Virus record (IMG/VR): IMGVR_UViG_3300017784_003111
Location: 1 to 28,194 of that record
DNA: 28,194 nucleotides
Strand: one strand, 5' to 3'
From: a virus
Lineage: Duplodnaviria; Caudoviricetes
The notes below the pieces were generated by a model. It made no database searches and was not told the origin of the DNA. It saw only the letters and a program-made list of their open reading frames with translations. How positions within the stretch are numbered: the first letter of the stretch is position 1; the number at the start of each line of letters is the position of its first letter. The position numbers and the translations under genes are program-made. Below are positions 9,201-15,040 of this stretch, in pieces.

Positions 9201-11265
9201 GATTCCTAAGTTCACGACTGAAATCAATACGACTTCCAGTCTTAGTGTTACTGGAAATGCCACGTTCTCGAATTCCGTAACTATAAGCATGAGCAATGAT
9301 TTGAATGCTCTGAGAATTACTCAAACCGGCACTGGTAATGCGTTTGTTGTAGAAGATTCAGCCAATCCAGATTCAACTCCGTTTGTCATTAACGCATCAG
9401 GAAACGTTGGTATTGGAATTTTGAATCCGACCTCTGCATTGCACGTTGGTGGGTCCGGAACCATTATTGCTAATATTGCATCAACGTTTCCTCTAAGTGG
9501 AGGATTGGCTCCTGTAGTTTCTATAGGAAACATAGATTCTCTTAGAGTTTCTGGTGAGACGACTCTTTTCCAGAAGACAAGAATCAACAATATAACCCCA
9601 GCATCTTTTACATACAGCGGAAAGTTCTTCAGCGTCAATACCGAAGAAGCAACTCCGACTGGCTTCACGTTTAAGCCTGACGGGACAAAGATGTATGTTA
9701 CTGGTCAGGCTGGAGATGACGTCAATGAGTATGATTTGACGACTCCATGGGACGCGTCAACTGCGACATACTTGCAGAAAACGGTTACTCTTACTCAAGA
9801 TACAACTCCTGCTGATGTGGCTTTCTCCAGTAATGGTGCATATGTGTATACTTGTGGGTCAACTACGGGCAATGTATATCAATATTATCTTTCGGTTCCG
9901 TGGAGTACAATATCTCTTACCAGTGCGACTGGAAATTTGGTTGCGACATATAACGTTGCGGCTCAAGATATAAGTGCTGCCGTGCTTTCCAGAGGAATAA
10001 CTTTCTCTGACGATGGAGTATATCTGTACGTCTCGAACGCAACTGCCGGTGGAGTATCTCCAAAAATATTACAATTCCAATTGTCTCCGCCTTGGGAGCT
10101 TGCATCTGCAACATATATTGCCAATTCAGGTTCTGGTACTGTTCTTAGTTCGACTGGCAGTACTTCGTTCGTTTCTGATGGAATAACATTTAATAATGAT
10201 GGAAGTTTGTTGCAGATCGTAGATGCAACAAATGGGGGCGTAAATTTCTATTACTTAAAAACGCCATGGATGATTGCAAACGGCATTTCCTTTTTCTCTA
10301 ACGTTGCATTCCCAGACGGATCAACGACTGGCAGAGGAGTTGCATTATCACCAGATGGAAGATATCTCAATCTTCTGGAGACCACGAATGAGAATGTCTA
10401 CACATTTACAACAAATACCATAAGTTCATTTGGTGTTGTTGGTAATAGTGATCTTTATGGTGATGTTTCTGTCTATAATAAATTGACGGCTGGATCGGCT
10501 AACATTAATGGTCCTGTTGTTATCAGCGCATGCAGCTCGTCTGATGCTCTGAGGATCACACAAACTGGATCTGGCAATGCTCTGGTTATTGAAGATGAAA
10601 CGAATCCGGATTCAACTCCTTTTGTAGTCACTTCTACAGGAAGTGTTGGTATTGGCAAGACGGCGCCAACCACAACATTAGACATAGTCGGATCTGCCAA
10701 CGTATCTGCATCTCTAAACGTTGGTGGATATAACATACTCAACGAAATATTCCAAGCAGACAACACCGTTCGTGTAACAGCTAACTCTGGTTCGGCTCAA
10801 TCTGCTGTCAGCCTGAACTTTATAAACACCTCTTCTGTTCTGGTGTCAGTTGGTGCTGGATCTGCTGGAATTGCAAATATCGCATTTACATCTCCGAAGA
10901 CAATAAACTTCATCATAGATGGCGGTGGATCAATATTGACAACAGGAACTACATTAGCAGCACAAACTAAAGGATATGTTAGTACATCATTTAATGCAAC
11001 AATTACTGGATGGAACATATTCCCAGATGTCTCTAGCACTGTTAAAGTTGATATACTTAAAGCAACGTATGCAGACTTTCCAACAATGACATTAATTTCT
11101 GGTACTAATCCGCCAAGATTAACCGCAGAAACAAAAAATACTGGCACAACAACTGGTTGGACCAGCAATACTATAACTGCTGGAGATATTCTAGAATTTA
11201 GAATTAACGCCACACCAGCAATTGTTTCTGCATCCCGCGTCACTATTGTTCTTGCATTAGGATAA
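280..11265 (+). CDS. giant modular tail fibre / adhesin-like virion protein (3661 aa)
   Basis: N-terminal 'ILVKRS...LKEGELAYS...LFIG' (Mtd_N-like fibre anchor). About 16 'GILQLTDSVTSTSTTTAATPNSVK'-type repeats (Phage_fiber_2/PF03406-like), heptad repeats, 'VGIGTTSPTSKLHV' fibre motifs and a beta-propeller-like segment. Lies just upstream of neck genes gp13/gp14, where T4 has fibritin/short fibres. Confidence 0.88.
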   Translation: MSANNTTILVKRSFANNTPTPLKEGELAYSFASNNLFIGNASNSAIVIGGANIVARVVTIESGVYIAPAYNQANTAYAQANTALSTAQSAYNQANSAASTAGSAYAEALIAANTTQVRANGALKVSNAALNFNNTSTIRVDVVSNGTGLANVSFAYIGETGIASFPTKSTGGTVVTANGLNFVNSATVGITVTQGITGNANISFTTLTGGGTLTQVDTGVGLSGGPITSSGTISANIANTTIRGVTKLIDSVTSTDAANAATAASVKTAYDQATSAFGQANTANTTAISAYGQANAAYSQANSANSIAITAYGQANLAYTQANTANATAVSAYGQANLAYAQANTANSIAISAYGQANATFTAANNAANTVRVTANSGSAQSAVSLNFINTASVLVSVGAGSTGNANVSFSAVAGTTAVAGILQLTDSVTSTSTITAATPNSVKSAFDQATSAYTQANTANTTAVSAYGQANAAYTQANTANSIAISAFNQANAAFAAANNAANTVRVTANSGSAQSAVSLNFTNTASVLVSVGAGSAGNANVSFSAVAGTTAVAGILQLTDSVTSTSTTTAATPNSVKAAFDQGTLAYGQANTANTTAVSAFNQANAAFTQANTANSIAISAYGQANLAFTAANSAANTVRVTANSGSAQSAVSLNFINTASVLVSVGAGLTGNANVSFSAVTGTTAVAGILQLTDSVTSTSTTTAATPNSVKSAFDQATLAYGQANTANTTAISAYGQANLAYTQANTANSIAISAYNQANLAYAQANTANSIAISAYNQANLAYTRANTANSIAISAYGQANLAYTQANTANSIAISAYNQANLAYTQANTANTTAISAYGQANLAYTQANTANSIAISAYNQANLAYTQANTANATAISAYGQANAAFVTANNAANTVRVTANSLFAQTAVSLNFINTASVTVSVGAGATGNANVGFSAVAGTTAVAGILQLTDSVTSTSTTTAATPNSVKSAFDQATAAYGQANTASSTAVSAYGQANLAYAQANTANTTAVSAYGQANLAYAQANTANTTAISAYGQANLAYAQANTANSIAISAYGQANLAYTQANTANSIAISAYNQANLAYTTANTAANTVRVTANSGSAQSAVSLNFINTASVTVSVGAGSTGNANVGFSAVSGSTTVAGILQLTDSVTSTSTTTAATPNSVKSAFDQATSAYTQANTANTTAISAYGQANLAYAQANTANVIAISAYGQANLAYAQANTAYGQANAAYGQANAAFAAANNAANTVRVTANSGSLQSAVSLNFINTASVIVSVGAGSAGNANIAFSAVAGTTAVAGILQLTDSVTSTSTTTAATPNSVRTANSIAISAYGQANLAYTQANTANSIAISAYGQANLAYTQANTANSIAISAYGQANLAYTQANTANSIAISAFNQANAAFTTANNAANTVRVTANSGSAQSAVSLNFINTASVLVSVGAGSAGNANVGFNAVAGTTAVAGILQLTDSVTSTSTTTAATPNSVKTAFDQATLAYGQANGGYTQANSAYTQANTANSIAILAYGQANLAYAQANTANSIAISAYGQANAAFTAANNAANGVKVSANSGSVFSNVSLNFVNTATVQVSVTSIVAGIANIAFTSTSGGTGTVTQVNTGTGLAGGPISSSGTISANIANTTVQGVTKLIDVVTSTDSANAATGAAVKIAYDQATNAYGQANAAYTQANTANSIAILAYGQANASFSAANNAANTVRVTANSGSAQSAVSLNFINTSSVLVSVGAGSTGNANIAFSAVSGSTTVAGILQLTDSVTSTSTTTAATPNSVKSAFDQGNSAYTQANSGYTQANSAYTQANAAYTQANSANSIAISAYGQANLAYTRANTANSIAISAYGQANAAFTAANNAANTVRVTANSLFAQSAVSLNFVNTSTAVVSVGPGSTGNANISFSVIPKFTTEINTTSNLSVTGTGTFRGGVNSGYEAKPTYKFNIDFGADVGGTWRRFIVASLVDFQYSTIGFKITITDPNTNQASTGSVDADFETYMVACVRTNDVTANTPDSCIVRGAGNRIRGVKTAIGSYEIQIQNEAQYREYLVQVECYAVNGAHAIAYESGATVGASDANTSNVFLASIGASTNYFERVEAKSRVVVTADSATGNTDTVITPANILLRANVTNGSPNATIQLYASPTLGYSVLEMGASLGNYIDFKSPSSDDFDYRIFSDGAGAAGGGLIIYAGSSTTSLNVLNIIGGNVSIDSGTLFVDYLANQVGIGTTSPTSKLHVVGDGNITTSLIVSGLNVTPTIIAAYNQANAAFAAANNAANGVKVSANSGSVFSNVSLNFVNTSTVTVSVTPGEAGVANISFSSSGSSGVTSLATGLGLSGGPITSTGTISANIANTTIQGVTKLIDVVTSTDSANAATANSVKVTFDQATSAYGKANTAHDTAVSAYGQANAAYSAANNAANTVRVTANSGSAQSAVSLNFTNTASVLVSVGAGSTGNANVSFSAVAGTTAVAGILQLTDSITSTSTTTAATPNSVKTAFEQANAAYAQANNSANTVRVTANSGSAQSAVSLNFINTASVLVSVGAGSTGNANVSFSAVAGTTAVAGIVQLTDSVTSTSTTTAATPNSVKSAFDQATLGYGQANNAANTVRVTANSLFAQSAVSLNFINTASVLVSVGAGSAGNANIAFSAVAGTTAVAGILQLTDSTTSTSTTTAATPNSVRTANVIAVSAFGQANTAYGQANAAYGQANAAYAAANNAANTVRVTANSGSTQSAVSLNFINTSSVLVSVGAGSAGNANIAFSAVAGTTAVAGILQLTDSTTSTSTTTAATPNSVRTANVIAISAYNQANLAYAQANTAYGQANAAYTTANNAANTVRVTANSGSAQSAVSLNFINTSSLLVSVGAGSAGNANVSFSVQLTDSVTSGSTITAATPNSVKSAFDQATLGYGQANAAYAAANTGLNKAQVSANGGSVQSNVGINFNNTSTVLVSVGPGTTGNANVSFSVIPKFTTEINTTSSLSVTGNATFSNSVTISMSNDLNALRITQTGTGNAFVVEDSANPDSTPFVINASGNVGIGILNPTSALHVGGSGTIIANIASTFPLSGGLAPVVSIGNIDSLRVSGETTLFQKTRINNITPASFTYSGKFFSVNTEEATPTGFTFKPDGTKMYVTGQAGDDVNEYDLTTPWDASTATYLQKTVTLTQDTTPADVAFSSNGAYVYTCGSTTGNVYQYYLSVPWSTISLTSATGNLVATYNVAAQDISAAVLSRGITFSDDGVYLYVSNATAGGVSPKILQFQLSPPWELASATYIANSGSGTVLSSTGSTSFVSDGITFNNDGSLLQIVDATNGGVNFYYLKTPWMIANGISFFSNVAFPDGSTTGRGVALSPDGRYLNLLETTNENVYTFTTNTISSFGVVGNSDLYGDVSVYNKLTAGSANINGPVVISACSSSDALRITQTGSGNALVIEDETNPDSTPFVVTSTGSVGIGKTAPTTTLDIVGSANVSASLNVGGYNILNEIFQADNTVRVTANSGSAQSAVSLNFINTSSVLVSVGAGSAGIANIAFTSPKTINFIIDGGGSILTTGTTLAAQTKGYVSTSFNATITGWNIFPDVSSTVKVDILKATYADFPTMTLISGTNPPRLTAETKNTGTTTGWTSNTITAGDILEFRINATPAIVSASRVTIVLALG
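1265..2480 (+). repeat. tandem 405-bp (135-aa) intragenic module: heptad stalk + TVRVTANS beta module + Phage_fiber_2-like knot
   Basis: The TVRVTANS codons start at 1387, 1792 and 2197 (exact 405-bp period), with near-identical DNA such as aatgcgaacgtcagcttctctgc...ggtattctacaa.taacagattcagt. Further copies with variable stalk length continue to about 9050, plus one at about 10765. Confidence 0.9.
2443..2960 (+). repeat. 63-bp (21-aa, three-heptad) tandem repeat NLAYTQANTANSIAISAY(N/G)QA
   Basis: Near-perfect DNA units at 2503-2565, 2566-2628 and 2629-2691, with about 25 consecutive heptads in this block. Similar blocks occur at about 3230-3570, 3830-4040 and 4265-4530. Confidence 0.92.
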
Positions 11266-11269
11266 TAAG

Positions 11270-11446
11270 ATGGAAAACTGGATACTTTTTTCAGATTCAT
11301 TACCAGCAGAAAATTTACCCATAGCATTTGAAGATGATGTTGGAAATTTATATGAAGGTTATATGCACTCAGATAAGTTATATGTTGCTATACAAGGTCC
11401 AGATGAAGAATTTATAGGAACTGCCTTGAGGTGGAGGCAACTATAA
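11270..11446 (+). CDS. small acidic protein, 58 aa (MENWILFSDSLPAENLPIAFEDDVGNLYEGYMHSDKLYVAIQGPDEEFIGTALRWRQL), DUF551-like; not in ORF track
   Basis: Hand translation gives ATG 11270 to TAA 11446, which fills the gap between the fibre stop (11265) and the next ATG (11448). The 'W-I-x-x-S-D-x-L-P ... W-R-x-L' termini resemble DUF551. Confidence 0.75.
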   Translation: MENWILFSDSLPAENLPIAFEDDVGNLYEGYMHSDKLYVAIQGPDEEFIGTALRWRQL

Positions 11447-11447
11447 C

Positions 11448-12164
11448 ATGGCGATAATTTTACAAACAGTTGGAGAATCTGTAGGAACAAATGGAACTAC
11501 AATTGCAGCAATACTGCCCACAGGATTAACTGTTGGCGATTTAATGATCGCACTTTTTTATTCAAGAGCTACTGGCGGCGGTAAATCTGTTGCAATATCT
11601 ACTGGCTGGACTGAAATATATAATAACCTCGGAACTGGTGGTCTTATTGCTGGTTGGTGGAAGCAGTGGAATAGCGGTGATGCTGCACCAACAATGACAC
11701 AGACTTCATTTACTACTGGCGCATCTGGTGATACAACATTGCTGCAAATATTGAGATTATCTGGAACAGATACAAGAAGTCCTATTGCTAATGTTGGAAC
11801 TGTTGGAAACTTTGCTGCTAGTACAACAACTATTGGACCAATATCTGCAAGTAGCATTGTTCTTGATCCAAATAATATGGCAATGATTCATGCTGGAAGA
11901 CTTGATGATGCTGGTTCCAGCTTATCTACTACTGGAGATGGATTATCTTGGCAACCACCATCTGGTACAACTAGCAAAACATCATCAACTGCTGGTTCTG
12001 ATGCTGCTGCAATGTATTTTTATGCCAATAACACAACAACAAGTGCAGTGACATTAACAGATAAAACCATAACAATAGGAGCCAGCGGCGTTCTTTTTGC
12101 CAGTACTGGTGTTTTATTTGAACTAAAAGCAGCGAAACCATATTCCCAAGCTATTATAATATAG
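11448..12164 (+). CDS. putative fibre-tip/adhesin or minor virion protein (238 aa, Thr/Gly/Ser-rich beta protein)
   Basis: The 'LPTGLTVGDLMIALF...TGWTEI...WWK' pattern is seen in phage tail-associated beta-sandwich proteins (recalled). The gene lies directly downstream of the fibre. Confidence 0.6.
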   Translation: MAIILQTVGESVGTNGTTIAAILPTGLTVGDLMIALFYSRATGGGKSVAISTGWTEIYNNLGTGGLIAGWWKQWNSGDAAPTMTQTSFTTGASGDTTLLQILRLSGTDTRSPIANVGTVGNFAASTTTIGPISASSIVLDPNNMAMIHAGRLDDAGSSLSTTGDGLSWQPPSGTTSKTSSTAGSDAAAMYFYANNTTTSAVTLTDKTITIGASGVLFASTGVLFELKAAKPYSQAIII

Positions 12165-12168
12165 ATCG

Positions 12169-12176
12169 CCTAAATA
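12169..12176 (+). promoter_or_regulatory. possible degenerate T4-type late promoter (CCTAAATA)
   Basis: TAAATA core about 55 nt upstream of the gp13 ATG, in an intergenic gap. Confidence 0.45.
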
Positions 12177-12230
12177 TTGAAATAAACCCAGAACTTCTTG
12201 GGATCTAGCATAAATCGTAAGAGAAAAACT

Positions 12231-12989
12231 ATGGCAAATCCAACCTCTAGAGAAGAATTAAAACTGTACTGCCTGCGGAGGTTGGGGTTTCCTGTCATTC
12301 AGCTAAACCTCGACGACGATCAGATTGAAGACAGAATAGACGAATCGCTTCATGTGTTCCAAGAGTTTCACTTTGATGGCACTCGAGAAATACTTCTGAA
12401 GCATCAGGTCACGGCTGAGGATCAAACGAACGGATACATTAATCTAGCGAATACATCTCCTGATATTATCGGAGTGACAAAGCTGTATCCGGTTCCTTCG
12501 CAGGCTGTTTCTACTTCTGCTTCGTTCAATATGTTCGACATAACGTATCAGATTCGACTCAATGAACTCTATGACTTCACTTCTGCTGATTACGTTTACT
12601 TCGTTCTTGCTCAACAGCATCTTCGTACTCTTGAAATGTTATTCGTTGGTGAGCAGCCAATTCGATTCAATCGTTACAATAAAAAAATCTACGTTGATGT
12701 AAACTGGACAAAGAAGATTGCCGTTGGTAATTTTATGTTGGTGCACTGCCGGCAGGTTCTGGAAGATTCAGATGAATTCTGGGGAGACGTCTGGCTCAAG
12801 AAATACACCACCTGCTTGATCAAAGAGCAGTGGGGAAACAACCTCAAAAAGTTTGCTGGAGTTCAGCTTCCTGGCGGTATTTCTCTGAACGGTCAACAGA
12901 TCTATGATGAAGCTATACAGGAAAAGGATAAGTTGGAAATAGAGCTGAGAGATGTGTACGAAGAGCCCACAGCCTTCATTATAGGTTGA
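12231..12989 (+). CDS. gp13: neck protein / head-tail adaptor gp13
   Basis: 'MANPTSREELKLYCLRRLGFPVIQLNLDDDQIEDRIDE' and 'KEQWGNNLKKFAGVQLPGGISLNGQQIY' are gp13 hallmarks. The true start is most likely ATG 12231 rather than TTG 12198. Confidence 0.95.
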   Translation: MANPTSREELKLYCLRRLGFPVIQLNLDDDQIEDRIDESLHVFQEFHFDGTREILLKHQVTAEDQTNGYINLANTSPDIIGVTKLYPVPSQAVSTSASFNMFDITYQIRLNELYDFTSADYVYFVLAQQHLRTLEMLFVGEQPIRFNRYNKKIYVDVNWTKKIAVGNFMLVHCRQVLEDSDEFWGDVWLKKYTTCLIKEQWGNNLKKFAGVQLPGGISLNGQQIYDEAIQEKDKLEIELRDVYEEPTAFIIG

Positions 12990-12994
12990 AGTAA

Positions 12995-13855
12995 GTGCCT
13001 ACAAACATCTTCTTCAACCAATTTAACGCAAGGAACGAACAGTCTCTTTACGAAGAGCTGATTGGAGAAGTCGTACAGATTTATGGCATCGATTCATACT
13101 ATCTACCGAGAGAATCTGAATCGTCGTTCGATTTAATATTTGGAGATGACCCAACCAAGAAATATGATGCAGCCTATCCTGTCGAAGTATACATAAAGAA
13201 CGTTGATGAATTTGAAGGCGGCGACTTCTTCACGAAGTTTGGAATCGAAGTCAAAAAGCAAGTTCGCTTAATTTTACCAAATCGAGCATTCAAGCAGCGC
13301 GTTCCTTCAACATATAGCAGACCTCGTGAAGGCGATTTGCTTTGGCTCACAAACTTCAATGCTCTGTTTGAGATTAAATTTGTCAAAGAAGAGAACTTCT
13401 TTTATGCATTCGGTCAAGAGCATCTATATGGCTATGAACTTGTTTGTGAGAAGTTCCGTTACAATGACGAGAGAATGGAAGTGGGAGTAACTGAGATAGA
13501 AGATAAGATAGACGAAATCATTACTGCATACGAATACACAATGCAGGCTAATGGAGCGTCAACATACACTATATCGGAAACCGTATATCAAGGGGCGAAC
13601 CTTGTGGCTGCAATTGCGACTGCAGATGTTTGTCGTTGGGATAAGCCCACTCGAATATTGGAACTCAAGAATATTAAAGGAGTGTTCACTGCAAACGCTC
13701 AAGTATTTGGAGTCACCAGCGGAGCCACGTGGTCCATTGCCTCTTTTGATACACTAGACGATTCAAATTCGGACCAGAATGATAACACATTGCTTCAAGA
13801 AGAAGCAGATGTATTCTTAGACTTCTCTGAAGAAAATCCATGGGGTGATCCGTAA
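12995..13855 (+). CDS. gp14: neck protein / head closure gp14
   Basis: 'EQSLYEELIGEVVQIYGIDSYYLPR', 'RPREGDLL', 'FEIKFV' and terminal 'LDFSEENPWGDP'. Follows gp13 and has a GTG start. Confidence 0.93.
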   Translation: MPTNIFFNQFNARNEQSLYEELIGEVVQIYGIDSYYLPRESESSFDLIFGDDPTKKYDAAYPVEVYIKNVDEFEGGDFFTKFGIEVKKQVRLILPNRAFKQRVPSTYSRPREGDLLWLTNFNALFEIKFVKEENFFYAFGQEHLYGYELVCEKFRYNDERMEVGVTEIEDKIDEIITAYEYTMQANGASTYTISETVYQGANLVAAIATADVCRWDKPTRILELKNIKGVFTANAQVFGVTSGATWSIASFDTLDDSNSDQNDNTLLQEEADVFLDFSEENPWGDP

Positions 13856-14616
13856 TGTTCGTCAACACACACTTTTACCACAGAACCATTCGAAGATGTG
13901 TTGTTGCATTCGGAAACCTGTTCAACCAAATAACGTTGATCAAGTATGCCAAAGGTACTTTTGACGAACTCGAAAGAATCACGGTTCCAATATCATATTC
14001 TGGAAATGAGAACTATGCTCAGCGTTTGTTGGGAAACCCAGACATCCCCACTGCAGTTCAAATCAAACTTCCAAGAATGTCGTTCGAGATAACCGATGTT
14101 TCGTATGATCCCTCTAGAAAACTTTCGTCATTTGAGGAAGAGTGTGCGGTTGTTAATGGTGTGACAGCTACAGTAAAATCTCCGACTCCCTATAACATAG
14201 GGTTTGAATTGAACATATACGTCAGGAACATGGAAGATGGCACACAAATCGTAGAGCAAATTCTACCCAACTTCAATCCAGACTATACATTCGCCATGAC
14301 ATACATTGACGAAATGAATTTGGTAAAGAACACTCCAATTCTTTTAGAAAGCGTATCTCATTCGAATGGATTTGAAGGAGACAATGAGACAGTTCGTTAT
14401 GTCACGTGGCGGTTGACGTTTACGATGAAAACGTACATGTATGGTCCAGTAACAAACGCAAGATCTATTATTCGTACTGCTCATGCCAATACTTGGATAA
14501 TGGGAGCCAACACTCCAGCATCGATGATTACTGTAACTCCAGATCCCCCGACTGCCAATTCTGCTGATGAGGCATATGGATTCGATACGGTGATAATAAC
14601 GGATCCTAATTATTGA
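13855..14616 (+). CDS. gp15: tail sheath stabilizer / completion protein gp15
   Basis: 'HFYHRTIRRCVVAFGNLFNQI', 'LPRMSFEI', 'YDPSRKL' and 'QIVEQILPNFNP'. TAATG overlap with gp14. Confidence 0.94.
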   Translation: MFVNTHFYHRTIRRCVVAFGNLFNQITLIKYAKGTFDELERITVPISYSGNENYAQRLLGNPDIPTAVQIKLPRMSFEITDVSYDPSRKLSSFEEECAVVNGVTATVKSPTPYNIGFELNIYVRNMEDGTQIVEQILPNFNPDYTFAMTYIDEMNLVKNTPILLESVSHSNGFEGDNETVRYVTWRLTFTMKTYMYGPVTNARSIIRTAHANTWIMGANTPASMITVTPDPPTANSADEAYGFDTVIITDPNY

Positions 14617-14626
14617 GAACAATTAA

Positions 14627-15040
14627 ATGAACAGCGAACTAGACAATTCGTTAGCTAATATATTTGAAACCAAAGAAGAAAAGCGTTCTCCGATGATAAT
14701 CAACCAAGCCCCAGAAGTTGCCGATAAAGATTATCAGGCTGAGGCTGACGTTGAGTATGTTCGTGCGAATCTATACGATCTTATGGGAAATGGATCAGAA
14801 GCCATCAATCAAATGATGCAGCTAGCAAAAGAATCTCAGCATCCAAGAACATATGAAGTTCTTTCTAACTTCATTAAGAATATGGGTGACGTTGGCGATA
14901 AACTCATACAGCTTCATAAGTCTAAAAAAGAAATGACAGAGGCAGGAACCAAACAACCTTCCGGAATAAATGTTGAGCAGGCTGTGTTCGTTGGAAGTAC
15001 AGCAGATCTGCTAAAGAAAATAAAACAAAATGCAGATTAA
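14627..15040 (+). CDS. gp16: terminase small subunit gp16
   Basis: 'DVEYVRANLY', 'ESQHPRTYEV' and 'AVFVGSTADLLK'. Overlaps the gp17 start. Confidence 0.93.
   Translation: MNSELDNSLANIFETKEEKRSPMIINQAPEVADKDYQAEADVEYVRANLYDLMGNGSEAINQMMQLAKESQHPRTYEVLSNFIKNMGDVGDKLIQLHKSKKEMTEAGTKQPSGINVEQAVFVGSTADLLKKIKQNAD

Noticed and set aside
280-11265. Diversity-generating retroelement target (Mtd_N-like start, repeated segments)
   Set aside because: There is no reverse transcriptase in the window and no TR/VR pair with adenine-specific mismatches. Repeat differences are mostly synonymous and involve all bases.
409-11857. Many minus-strand ORFs, including repeated 'MTLFGVAAVVVLVLVTES...' peptides that look like membrane proteins
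   Set aside because: They are antisense shadows of the fibre repeats. They recur exactly with the plus-strand modules, and third-position variation is synonymous on the plus strand.
12198-12230. TTG start for gp13 as given in the ORF track
   Set aside because: Homology begins at MANPTSREEL (ATG 12231). The extension overlaps the probable promoter/leader region.
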